A stretch of DNA of 50,721 bases, the filler included, from Sphacelaria rigidula (Eukaryota), in the NCBI GenBank assembly GCA_964200075.2. It is 3 parts of 3 records of this genome, joined end to end, with 100 filler letters (N's around TTAATTAATTAA, not from the genome) between each part and the next. Parts side by side here need not be neighbours in the genome. Positions count along the whole stretch, not along the records: positions 1 to 16,841 come from CAXNAA020001240.1; 2 more parts are not named here. The stretch is one strand, 5' to 3'. Made by a program: the position numbers and the translations under genes. Positions 1 to 10,825 of this stretch are shown here, in pieces (the stretch's first letter is position 1; each line of letters opens with the position of its first letter). Below the pieces are notes generated by a model. It had not been told where the DNA came from. It searched no databases and saw only the letters and a list, made by a program, of their open reading frames with translations.

Positions 1-2
1 CC

Positions 3-952
3 TAGGGATTGATTCGTACGGGTCGAAGCAATCATACTAAAACCAAGTAATCTCCAGACGAATCATTATTTGTCCGACCCTTGCTACATTGCACGAAATC
101 ACGCATTTCTCACCCAGAGCATCCTGGCGGCAAATCCCTCGTAAGACTGAGCCAGCACTTCAGGATCGTTCACGTGGCGACCGTAGTCCGCTGATCACCA
201 TCACATCGGACGGCAAACGCCGCACGGTCAAGCGACAAATACAACCAACAGCAATGAGCATGCGTGACGGTTCCGCCGGGAGACACCCCCAGAGTGACTT
301 GAAAACAACACCGCATTGACGTACAAATTCGGAACTATTGTTGTTGATGTAGTATTCACAATCCCTGTTCTCCGAAGAGAGCGGTTAGGGGCAGAAGCGT
401 GACATGTTCTGATGAAAACCAAGACTTCCTCTGTCCCGTAAGTAAAGTCCGTTACAGTATGATCACACGGACCCTTAACCGTGTGCAATGTCGCAGGCTG
501 TATATTTATTTTCTTCAGGGCTTCATCAAGTTGAGTCACGTCTTTGTTTTCTGTTTACGCAGCAGACAGCGTACGCGAACGGTCGATAAACGATCAGTCG
601 GCCCAAAAATAGCCCTGTTTCGCACCTCCTCCAAAACACAGAGAAAAACCCTGGGAACCCGAAAAACGGCAAAAATCGCCGAAAAGGCATAACTGGCTCT
701 TTTCCTCCGATCCATTGCTGGCATACGATAGCTGCGCCTAGTACGAAACCACTCTGTAACATTGCAGCCTTCACTTACTTCGAAACAAGCCGAAATCGCC
801 GAAATTCGGCCGAAAATGTACAGATTGGACGAAATTTGGTCGAAATTTGGCAATGTTTGACCCAACGATTCAAGGATCGGACGAATAAGTGATTCGCCCA
901 GAAATTACTTGATTTTAGTGTGAGTGATTCGTACGGTACGAATCAATCCCTA
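3..952. mobile_element. Non-autonomous TIR DNA transposon (hAT-like TAGGG...CCCTA ends, or a TA-flanked element at 5..950)
   Basis: About 80-bp imperfect terminal inverted repeats: 3..83 (TAGGGATTGATTCGTACG...GTCCGACCCTTG) versus 871..952 (CAAGGATCGGAC...CGTACGAATCAATCCCTA). Short subterminal CCGAAA motifs at 660-830. No transposase ORF. The left flank is outside the window, so the TSD cannot be tested. Confidence 0.85.
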
Positions 953-1734
953 CGTTTTGTTCTCAGCGTTGCAACCCAGGTACGCGCAGCCCAGGCACGT
1001 GGATGGCGCAAAAGTTGTGTGGAGACGTGTTTGACCAGCAGTCGACTTTTTTCTCTCTTTCGATCAACCAGGCTTAAGAAATCATGGATTTGGTTATTTG
1101 GACCGGCGATGATTCGTCCGAACCGTGCAACAATTCTAAAGTTGTAGGTCGATTATTTGTCTTTGTTTTTTCCAGTGGCCATCTCCACAACCCTTTAGTT
1201 TCGACGCACCTAACCATAACATCGTGAGCACCTCCGTTGGCGAGGTACGGCCCATCCTCAATAACGAACTTTACTTATGGGACAGAGTAAGTGTTGTGTT
1301 TGTGCAAAAAGTGACCAGTCGTGACGATCCCAATGCCATGCCATATTTGACAGGTTTCCCGATCAACCCGCCGGCCGTTCACGGATCCAAAATGGGAAAT
1401 GTGGTGTTGTGTAGTGATCGTCACCTACCCCGTCTTGGTCGCCAAAATACCAGCATCGTTCAAAGCACGGCACAGAGCACAATGGTACCCTGCCGTACAT
1501 GTACTGCGATCGCCGTATACGATTACTGTAATGGGCAACAGACGGGGAGACGATATCTTGCGGTCAGAGGTTCATGCCCCAGACAACCACCACAACCGAG
1601 CTAGTACCAAAGTCAAAAAGACCTGACTCGACGTGAGCTACACAAAACATAAGGTAGCGGCCCGTTGCCAATGGAACTCCTATTTAAGGGTCATTGTTAA
1701 CGATGGGAACTGATTGATTTTCACCGATCGACGG

Positions 1735-1860
1735 GGTGAATGACTGACTGACTGACTGACTTGAGATTGATTGATTAATATTTGCATATTGTATTAACTA
1801 ATCACCGAGGGATCCGAGGGATTTCACCGTAGTCAGAGTCACAGGGTAGATATGCACAAA
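1735..1860 (-). mobile_element. Degenerate 3' end of an (AATC)n-tailed retroelement with a (GACT)n/(GATT)n tail
   Basis: The reverse complement ends ...GATTAGTTAATACAATATGCAAATATTAATCAATCAATC, resembling the ends at 5312-5420, 14290-14358 and 38371-38441. Confidence 0.5.
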
Positions 1861-2724
1861 GAAAAAAATGTGAACTACACGGAAACACTCGCTCAAGAAA
1901 AGTCGACTCGACAAGGGGAGAAGACGAAAAAAGCACGATCATTTCCCCCGTTTTCGCAAGATTTTTCTTCGACGCTTCAAACAGTCATGCTTTGCTGCTC
2001 GAGAGCTATGCGACTTTTCCAAGGTGGTGTTCGTTCCCGTCCTCCCATCTGTAAAGCGGGCACCCCCGACAATCACCACTGCTGCTCGTGCCATGCACTT
2101 TGCCGCATGCGCAGCCGCGGCACCGCACTTACCACGACTTCGCTGCACACTGTTGACCACATATACACACTTCATACGTACACATTACTTTGTTGCTAAA
2201 ATATGGTATTAATAGGGGTGATTGTGAGGATATTGAGCGGTTGCGCCGCTGGCATGATGCGGCGTAATGGGGTGTGGAACGTAGGAAGTCTGCTCGAACT
2301 GATCATCATAGTACCTTTCGATATCCCATTTTTGCTGGTGAAAACTGAGAACGTCGTGGAAATGTTTCCGACAATATCCGAACCGTCACCCACTGAAAGG
2401 CTGTTTACTCAACTAAGACCAACGAAGATCAACTAGAAGCAAGAGCAAGAGTCCGGTTTGAAAAATAGAACTTGGGCTGGATTCCTCGCGCCATTATCAC
2501 CCCTACATACCACGTATTACTGCATACATTTACATATAGAGACGACGTCGTGTTTTGGGTCAGAGAGTCGAATGGGGCGCCAAGCCCCGCGTCGAACAGG
2601 AGAGTGTTTCTACGCAAAACCGGGGGTTGAATTCGAGTATTTGATTCTGCGCGCGACATTTTTTGCCCGCCAATGCCCCGAGGACTTTCTTTTTTTCGTA
2701 GTGTTCGTGCATGTGCACCACCTA

Positions 2725-3045
2725 TCCTGTGATTACCACCTCTATTGACCCGATCCGCGCACTAATGATCCGGGCCCATCAACTCAAACCCATCATGCCG
2801 GACCAGTCGCCCGCCGAACTGTCACCCTCCAATCCCCAGTCCGGGTTTTTGTCATGCTCCTCATCCTGGGTGCTGTCACCTAACACCCACCGTCAGTGAC
2901 TTCGTCTTCTCTCTCAAGCCCTGCCTCTGCAAGGGGTACCAACCTTCAAGTCCACGTCGCATTCCCCCAGGCTCCGTACACTACTGTACCCCGAGTGAGA
3001 AGCTACAACCTACACACCCCTTGTACTGGTTTAGGTCGACACTCG
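2725..3045 (+). repeat. Dispersed repeat, copy 1 (LTR-like; homologous to 34338..34680)
   Basis: Shared blocks with 34338..34680: CTGTCA-CCTCCAATCCCCAGTC, TTCAAGTCCACGTC, CCGAGTGAGAAGCTACAACCTACACAC. Confidence 0.75.
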
Positions 3046-3799
3046 TCTCCCCTGCAGAAAAGTAATGAAGGGCCGCTGCTCTACTGCCATGACAGATACA
3101 GTCGAAATGACGGTCCTTCGCGGAGAGCACGGTCACGGCACAAAACGCTGACCGCGGTTCAAAACAAACGAGGATGTTCGCCGAGCAGCTGATGTCCAAC
3201 AAGGGCAAAATCCTATTAAAATTCAAGTGATCATCGGTTCTGCTACACGAGTTCTTCTGTGCACGTTGCACCTATTGCCTAAAAACGCCAAAAAACGTTC
3301 CTCACATCGCATGATAAACCTTGTGGTCACCCGGTGCGTCGTTTTCCAGTAGTAGTCGGTGTACAGCATGTGACTCCGTCGGAAATACCTGCAATGTACG
3401 ACAAGGGATACTCAGGGTTCACGATACGGTCAAGGATCACCCCTTGCTGCCGCCGCCAAGATTTGACAAGTTTTACAGCAAGATCATTCGTTCGGTAAAA
3501 TCGAAAATCTTCGTATTTTGTTTGTATATCACACACTAGCCTTTCAGACCTGCGGTCGAAGGTCGAAGATTCCCGTGCTCCCACACTTAGAAAATACCAC
3601 TCCCTTACTGGGGAGCATGTCACTACAGAGACAACCTCCCGGCGGTGCTTCACCCACGCTGAGAGGAATACATCATCGACACAACGACTCGGACAGTACA
3701 AACCCCGAGCGACTCGAAGTGATGAAGCAAGCATCGTGTCGCCATGCGGAAGTAATAACATATGTATATACAATTTTTTCCATCGAAGCTGTGTGGCAG

Positions 3800-3990
3800 A
3801 GGCCGGTCATCTCTATCTATTTTGTTTGTTCTCTTTTTTTCGGTTGTATTGTTTTTCTCCGTCTGCTCTGCTGTTCTGTTTTACCTCTTGTGTTTTCATT
3901 CTCACAGTTTTGTCTCGAGTACGTATATCACGTCACCACGAGTGCCCTGTGGGGGTCAGTTAAAGTACGTCAAAAAATCTATAAATCAAA
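3800..3990 (+). mobile_element. 3' end of an (AATC)n-tailed retroelement, preceded by a TC-rich UTR-like tract
   Basis: GGGGGTCAGTTAAAGTACG at about 3950-3969 matches GGGGGGTCAGTTAAAGTGCGACAATCAATC at 38405-38440. Confidence 0.6.
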
Positions 3991-4230
3991 CACAACGTAG
4001 AGGCAGTCAAAGACAGACAGCGGAAGGGCAGAAAAAAAACTTGATCATGAGACTGTGATTTGGATCATGAACCCGCTTCATGTCACTACTCTCGTACCTA
4101 TTCCTCTTTCTGTAGCGGGAAAAGGAGACGCGAAAAAAGGGAGAAGAAAATGAGGGCAACTCGCGACATGACTGCGAACACGAACCAAACCGAATAGAAT
4201 ACACGCATTGATTTTGCTGGCGTACACTAC

Positions 4231-4588
4231 GGTTGCCTCGGTGGCTCAGTTGGTAACCTCGAAACCTTATGACGGTTGGGTCGTGGGTTCAAATTCCGGA
4301 GCGATCTGGGATATTCTCTCACACCATGCCCAACAGTGGAGAGCGACTATGTCGTGGGTACACGAAATTCGACTTGATGGTCGACGAGGAAAAGGGACAG
4401 CTGAACCCTTCTCGCGATAAGAAATAAAGGCAAGCACCGCAGAAAGAAGGTGGAGTTCTAAAAACAAATAAAATAAAAAAGCTTCCGTGTTGACCTCCAT
4501 TAGTGTGACCCCGGCTGCTGCACCCACATATACCGAAAGTTGTAGATCGGCGTCCAGAATAGAAGGGACGACAACACACACAACACAT
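4231..4588 (+). mobile_element. tRNA-derived SINE, family 1
   Basis: Pol III A box (TGGCTCAGTTGG) and B box (GGTTCAAATTCC) in the head. Body is collinear with the inverted copy at 40271..40629. Ends in GGGACGACAACACACAC. Confidence 0.85.
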
Positions 4589-5310
4589 GTGTGACTCAGA
4601 GTAACCCCTTTTGTTGGCATGTCTCAACAACCGCTGAGCCTACCATCAGAAGCCACCATTGACTGTTGAGCGTAGTGATTCGTGTGGCATCTCGACGAGG
4701 AGTTAATCGCAGGGTTCGGTCCTCCGCACGAGAAACGAAGTACAGGCAAATACCCCTCAAAATCACGGTACACACGTTCTAGGCCATAAGTAGCACACTA
4801 CCACTGCTTCGCACCGTGGGCCAGGGTCAGCGTGCGTCGGAGCGCGATGGCTCGACGGCCTGACGAGTTCCACAGTATTTTCGTCAAGATGACTCTAAAA
4901 TCACAATAAAAGAGGACTGTCATTGCATCACCATTCCCCGGCCTAGGCAGTGCGTGCCTTGTCTAATGCGCTTTTACACTCCTTCACTAAGCTCTACTTT
5001 TTCTATTTTGCGCAGTGGCTATTGAGACATCGTTACCAAGTTCGCAGTCAAGGGGAAATACAAAGCACACCGTGTGTCACGTTATCCCGAACACCCTGGA
5101 TTACGCAATAGTTTGACCGCAGCAAAATCTACGTTTCACACATATTCGGCAGTCCCCGTTAACCCTTTTGCTACTGGCGATGGAAACGCGTGGATTTCGA
5201 GGTGCTGCTTTTTGAACGACACCTGGTTGAGCTTTTACAGCTTTCACGCAAAAACTGTTAGCCCGAGGTGTGTTTTCCAGACCCGTATAAGAATGTGCCC
5301 CAGTGCAGCA

Positions 5311-5311
<1 letters not shown>

Positions 5312-5349
<38 letters not shown>

Positions 5350-5420
5350 CGCACTTCAACTTTTGTCGCACTTCAACTGATCCCCCAGGGGTCCAGCCGT
5401 CGTCTCATGATAGACATACC
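5312..5420 (-). mobile_element. 3' end of a retroelement with an expanded (AATC)n tail [(GATT)9 on +]
   Basis: Reverse complement GGTATGTCTATCATGAGACGACGGCTGGACCCCTGGGGGATCAGTTGAAGTGCGAC...(AATC)n is near-identical to 38371..38441. Confidence 0.8.
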
Positions 5421-5879
5421 CAAGAGATAGCACGGCACTCGATATAGACAATAGGTGGTGCCGGATTTCGTTGTTGAGACTTCAGGCAAGCTAGTGCTGA
5501 TCTTGACGATGTGCGTAAAGTTGAACACACTTGAACCGTTGTGTCCACTCACTGGACAAAACTAACCCGACCGCACCGGGGAGCTATTTCTGGTGCACGC
5601 ATGATGTACGCTGGTGGATTCTTCTGCGGCCTTCCGCCGTAAAAATGGTTGCCGTCGGTATTTTTTTTTCGAATATTTTTTTCAGTCAGGGTTCGAAATA
5701 ATGAGGCGTCTTGCCCAAGGACGGAAGGGAATGGTTCCCGAAGAGCTGAGACCTATCCGAGAGGGCTCGACGCCCACGGAATCAACATCAGCCAGCTCGC
5801 AGCATATCCCCATCAAAGCCCCGAAGCCACGAGACTGTTGGTAATTCGACAAGAACAAGCAAAGGCGCTCGAAATGTAC

Positions 5880-5957
5880 CATCCATTACAACTTTCGGCG
5901 TCCCGGTGGCCAAAGTGATACGCCGTGAAAACTTCGTAGTTGCCCGACAGTGACAAA
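5880..5957 (-). pseudogene. Candidate exon of a mitochondrial carrier (SLC25, phosphate-carrier-like) gene or relic
   Basis: AAG| acceptor and |GTACAT donor; phase-compatible with exon 7149..7231. Encodes LSLSGNYEVFTAYHFG, resembling the PiC segment GxCKFGxYEVF. Confidence 0.4.
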
Positions 5958-6344
5958 CTTGAAGACAATCTTGTCGACAATCTTGTAGACAATGTTCGGG
6001 GGGATGTTTTCTGGGCTCCGTAGTCCGACAATGTGGAAACGTGGAAACGTGGAAACGTGACAACGTGACGACGAGTGACGTTTAGCTACAAGTAATGAAG
6101 TTTTGTGAAGGTCGGTGAACTCTGAGAATGCTGACCCAATGCTTGATACGCTGAGGGTCCCGCCACAGGGCGGTTAAATCTCTTCTCACTACGGAAGCCC
6201 GATTCGCTACACCAAACACCAAGTAACCGTACAAGACCAGTGAAGTACGGGTTCCTAGCATTGTGCGGCCATGCCACGGTGGCGATCCACTGCACTATAC
6301 TGGGACCATCACTATGCCAAAATGCGAGGCAAAAACGGTACCAG

Positions 6345-6520
6345 GGGAGAGAAGGGTGGATCATGACTGTCAGCACTCCCCCACCGCGTCGACTACCTTT
6401 TGTTTACTCACGTACTTCTGCTTTCGACGGTGGAAGTCAGATACTTGGAAGATAAAACGCAGCACATCGGAGAATCGAACCCGTGTCCTCTCCACCCTAA
6501 TGATGGTAGTCGGGCCATAA
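6345..6520 (-). mobile_element. tRNA-derived SINE, family 2 (partial)
   Basis: Reverse-complement homology to 39042..39260 (TCATGACT-TCAGCACTCCC-CACCGCGTC; TGTTTACTCACGTAC; CGGTGGAAGT-AGATACTT). B-box-like GGGTTCGATTCTCC on the - strand. Confidence 0.75.
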
Positions 6521-7148
6521 TAATTTACACCGCCGGGGTGCGGGGTATTCACGAATACGTACGGCAGTAAACCGCGAATAGTGAACGCCCGGCTCTTGCA
6601 GTGTTGCAAGTTACCTCCCGACTGCAGTAGTAGTCATTATATCGCCCGTTTAGTTCCTTTGTCTTGATTTTTTTCGTGTGTAGTCCTCCCTGCCAGCGGC
6701 TTGTGGTAAAGACCCTAACCTACGAAGTGCCGTATGGTGCTAAATCGTGCACAACATGCTGCATGTTAGAGTATAACGACATCGACTTAGCTTGTTTACT
6801 TTTCAAAACCCAACGTTATACAGACCGTTATTCATGCCATATAGGCCTTGAATTGTGTGTAATGCACACCCTAGACAATAGAGATAACATTGTCAAAACG
6901 TGTGCTACGTACAGTATCGGCTGCTGCATCTCTTGCAATAGACAACAGATCCATACTGTACACAGCGCACTTTTAGATAATGCAACCCATTGTCATTATC
7001 CAGGCCGTGGTGTGATACAATGTTACGTATGTCATGGACGACGTTATCAATGTACTACACACCGTGACTAATGGGATGCACTGTACACCGTAACATGTGA
7101 TTTATACCGTAAGCCAGGTGACACACACCGTAACCTATGATCCCTCAC

Positions 7149-7231
7149 CGTAGCAGGCCAGCCGCACAGATAGGTCCCCATCCTCGGAACAAGCCCTGCA
7201 CCCCCTCCGTTTGTATCAATGCCATGATTGC
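7149..7231 (-). CDS. Exon encoding a mitochondrial carrier (SLC25) motif
   Basis: Strong acceptor (poly-T, ATTGCAG|) and donor (|GTGAGG). Translation AIMALIQTEGVQGLFRGWGPICAAGLLR fits the carrier signature [DE]Gxx[GA]L[FY][RK]GxxP. Confidence 0.6.
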
Positions 7232-7529
7232 CTGCAATAAAAAAAAAAAAACTCTTGTTTCATGGCGAGAGCTGAAGGTCGAATACGAACACAAAACCGC
7301 ACCACACTCGAGGTGTTCACTTGAGCCCATATCTGGAAGCATTCCAAGTCCAAGTAATGAATCTACCAGCCGTTGTTACCCCTCTGAAATTGAATACAGT
7401 TCACGTGTTGAGAGCAGCTTGCCGAACTCGGACCTCATCGCACAATTTCAGTATGTCGTACGTGAGCGTACGTGAGTTAAAGTGACCCGGTTTTATTTTC
7501 AATCCCAACCAAACTCCACACACGTTAAC

Positions 7530-7721
7530 CTTGACATTTTCAGCATTTTCAAGTTCCCGTAACCATAGGTGCGATAATAAAACGAGATGCGTCCAGTGTG
7601 CCTCGTCCATATCTGGACCACGTGCGGTACACTGGAAATGGCGATCCGAAGAAGCTCTTGTTTGCGCGTGGTCGTATGGCGCGAGCAATAAATATGTTTT
7701 GGTCATTTCCAGTTCATGCCC
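7530..7721 (-). CDS. Candidate exon, unknown protein
   Basis: TCTTCAG| acceptor, 64 open codons (GHELEMTKTYLLLAPY...ELENAENVK), weak AAG|GTTAAC donor; phase 0 at both ends. Confidence 0.3.
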
Positions 7722-8438
7722 CTGAAGAATTCCGAGCATAAACGGTTGTTATGGCGTGTCTTGGAATTGCGTGCGCTTGATCAAATACATGTGCTTTTCA
7801 TAGGTAATTCCCCCACGAGTGTAGCAAATGAACGGGTACATTCCCTGCAGCTTGACTTACCCGCCGATATCCTATAAAGGGCCACAGCTCCGGAAGTCGG
7901 CCTCGATGCGCCACGGCTGACAGCTTCACCGTCCAGAAAGGAAGCTACGCACGAAATTGACGGAGGAAATCACGAACAATAACAACGAAAAATAAAAACA
8001 AGGAAAACACGAATACTAAACACGGAGAAGCAGAAGACAGTCGTCTCGATGTCCCTGATTTTCTTGGCCATATTAGCGCCCACTGAAACATCCGAAGCTC
8101 ATCATTTACTGGGCTACGCAAGTGCGCTTGGCAGTCACCGTGCATCCTCTGCGAGCTGTCACGAGGCAGCACTCACACACCTCTCACCTGTCAACGTTTC
8201 GAAGCGTTCGATATTGACATATCATCGAGAGAAATAAAACTTGTGTGCAGAAACACACGACGCCGGAGAACTACAGTGCCCACTAAGCAGCATAGCGGCT
8301 CTACGATGAGAGTGAAACACACACACACACACACACATACGCAGCAACAACGATCCAAAAATCCAAAACATGTTCCGAAACACACCACGGAGTAGCAAGT
8401 ACTGTCCACACCTATATTGCGAAGGTGGAAACAAACAC

Positions 8439-8584
8439 CTGACAGCAACCATCTACAAAAATCGCAACTATTCGTCGCTTGCCCAAGGTCTGGCCCTGAG
8501 GGAATTCCACTGTGCCAGGACAGTCATCGCCGGAACGAACGGCAGACATCTCCGAGTTTCTCGACCCGGGTACATATCCAACGA
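8439..8584 (-). CDS. Candidate exon, unknown protein
   Basis: AACAG| acceptor and CAG|GTGTTT donor; open in phase 1 (VGYVPGSRNSEMSAVRSGDDCPGTVEFPQGQTLGKRRIVAIFVDGCCQ). Confidence 0.3.
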
Positions 8585-9008
8585 CTGTTGATTTTCATGT
8601 GCGGTCTACGCCACAGCTGTCAGGATTTGTTTTAGAAGTATTACAGTGACCACGGGGCCTGAAATAATCCACGCGTGTCGGCGTACGTAGCATGGGTACT
8701 TCAGGAAGGAAGCTTTGACGCCATGGGGTACGGTATAGTACAGTACAGTATGAACCACTGACAGGCTACATGTGTGCTTCGGCTCCTTCCGTACGTTTCT
8801 GCATCTCCACCTTGCTGCTTATCGGAGGAATATAGACAGAACGTTGTGGATAAGAGCGAGATCAACCATCTTACGAGAGCTGTACACAGCTGTCACTTCA
8901 AAGCCGTGACATGCTGCGTTTACTGAGTCAAACAGAGGACCGCACTAGGATGATTGGACTGGTATCCAAGGAAACATTGAAGAACGGACAGCAAGTATAC
9001 TTAACCAC

Positions 9009-9180
9009 CTGAACCTTTCGGCTCTCGTGGGAAGGGGTTGGGGAAACACCTCAACGAGAAGCCTGCGCACATAATATACTTTTCCCTGTGTTTCATTCGC
9101 TAGCGATGCTTCAGCTAAACGAAGGGTCGTAGTGACGACTAAAGAATCCATCACGCTCAAAGACACTCCACGAAACGACA
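9009..9180 (-). CDS. Candidate exon, unknown protein
   Basis: Within ORF 8945..9262; CAAG| acceptor and CAG|GTGGTT donor; protein-like composition (SFRGVSLSVMDSLVVTTTLRLAEASLANETQGKVYYVRRLLVEVFPQP). Confidence 0.3.
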
Positions 9181-10825
9181 CTTGATTCACGCAGTAGCAT
9201 ATATGTGTTAGCTCTGGCACGGAAGGTTCAGGGAATAATGTGACGGAAACTTGAGCCCTCACGGTTTCCGGGTTGGTTCGCAGTTCAATAACGCATCATT
9301 GCATGCGCCTTGTGTGTATACATATGGGTGGAAGCTAACGCTTCAGAAAATGACGACCACCTGCACACACAATGTTTCTTTCCTCATTATAAATAGCTAC
9401 TTCTGGAACTTTGCAATCCGTTACATTGCTTAGATTGTACAATGCCCAAATTCTTCGAAGTAAGAAAGAGGTTACACTGGATAATGACGTCACTTACCAA
9501 CACGGTTTTCTATAGTAGGGTATTGTGGAGAACTCACTAGCCACGTAGATCGTAGTTAACGTGGTGTGAGAGCTGACGGGTTAACGCGTCAGCGGCATCT
9601 TAAAGCAAATGATTCAGTCTAGATTACCGACGCTTTCCTGATGACGCAGAATGGATTTGGGATTTTGTTGCAACGGTGATGACAGCGAGGCTTCGACGAT
9701 CTCGTCCTCCCACTGCAATCCCTGTCCCACAGTATCTCCGTGTACTTACTTCCTCGGCCAAACAAGGGCCAACTTGAATATTCGCCCCTTATTTTTCGCT
9801 GAGCTGCGCAGGTTGGCTTCACAACCACCTGACATCCACTGTAAGCTGTCACAAGACAGCACCACGCACCACACACCACAAGCCTTCCGAAATAAAACAA
9901 TGTCGGATTAACCGCACCGCTGCAAACGCGTTTTCTTGGCTGGGAACGCTCGCCAGTAAGCGCTGGGGCTTCAGCTGCCGAGGCTTTGTTTCGGATATAA
10001 ATCGCATTAATACGAAAATGTATCGCAAAAAGCTAACCCCTGGCTCGTGCAGAGGTGTGAATTTCGAGGTAGCTTCAGAGCATCGCCCTATCGGCCGTGC
10101 ACTTACGAACTTCATGTCTGTCTGTGTACCCCTTTCTGCCATGTATCGTCATACTTTCACCCTCCCTCCCCCCCCCGCCCACCTCATGCCCTGCATTCAA
10201 TGGTTGGCTTCGGTTGGCAACGACGCTGTAAAACACGCCGCTCACTGCGTAAGCTAGGCAACCAGGTCACCATTTTGATCCACCCACTTGCCTTTGGGGG
10301 GGGGTTACCATGATGGTGGTCGAGATAGATCATATTGTGCCGACTGGGCAACCCTCAACTCTGCGCAAAGGCAATGACTGTACTACGTGATGTGTAAGTC
10401 GTGAGACACCCATGAGGCGGTGTAAGCCGTAGCTGTCTCTGAAGTGGCGATACCAGATAATGGAGCAACTTATTCGAGACTCTCATCCAACATGCAAGAT
10501 ACTTCGTACGCTCGGGCCGAATAATCTTCGCAGGATGCACGTCACCCCTCATGCGACTCGCCGAACACATCCCTGCGCTTCGCGCTTGGTGATGGCGAGT
10601 CCGGTCCGGCGAAACCCCGGCGTGCTTCGTCCCGGCTTCGAAGGTATGCGAGGCCAATGATCTAAGGATTACGGCATGCAAGGTCATGAGTACAGCCGCA
10701 TGTCGGGAACAAGTCCCTAGGCTCGCAGGATCAACCCATCTCTCCCCTGGTACTTGCTTGGTAATTTATCACCGAGCATCGGGTCACCACTCCCGCCCCT
10801 CATCGACTTCCACGGAACTTCCATA

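Noticed and set aside
4231-4310. tRNA genes at 4231, 39042 and 40550-40629
   Set aside because: A and B boxes are present, but acceptor and anticodon stems pair poorly and each continues into a shared dispersed body, so they are SINE heads.
10355-10687. Possible RTE C-terminal relic (AG..SRM....P.KII)
   Set aside because: Similarity is too weak to distinguish from chance.
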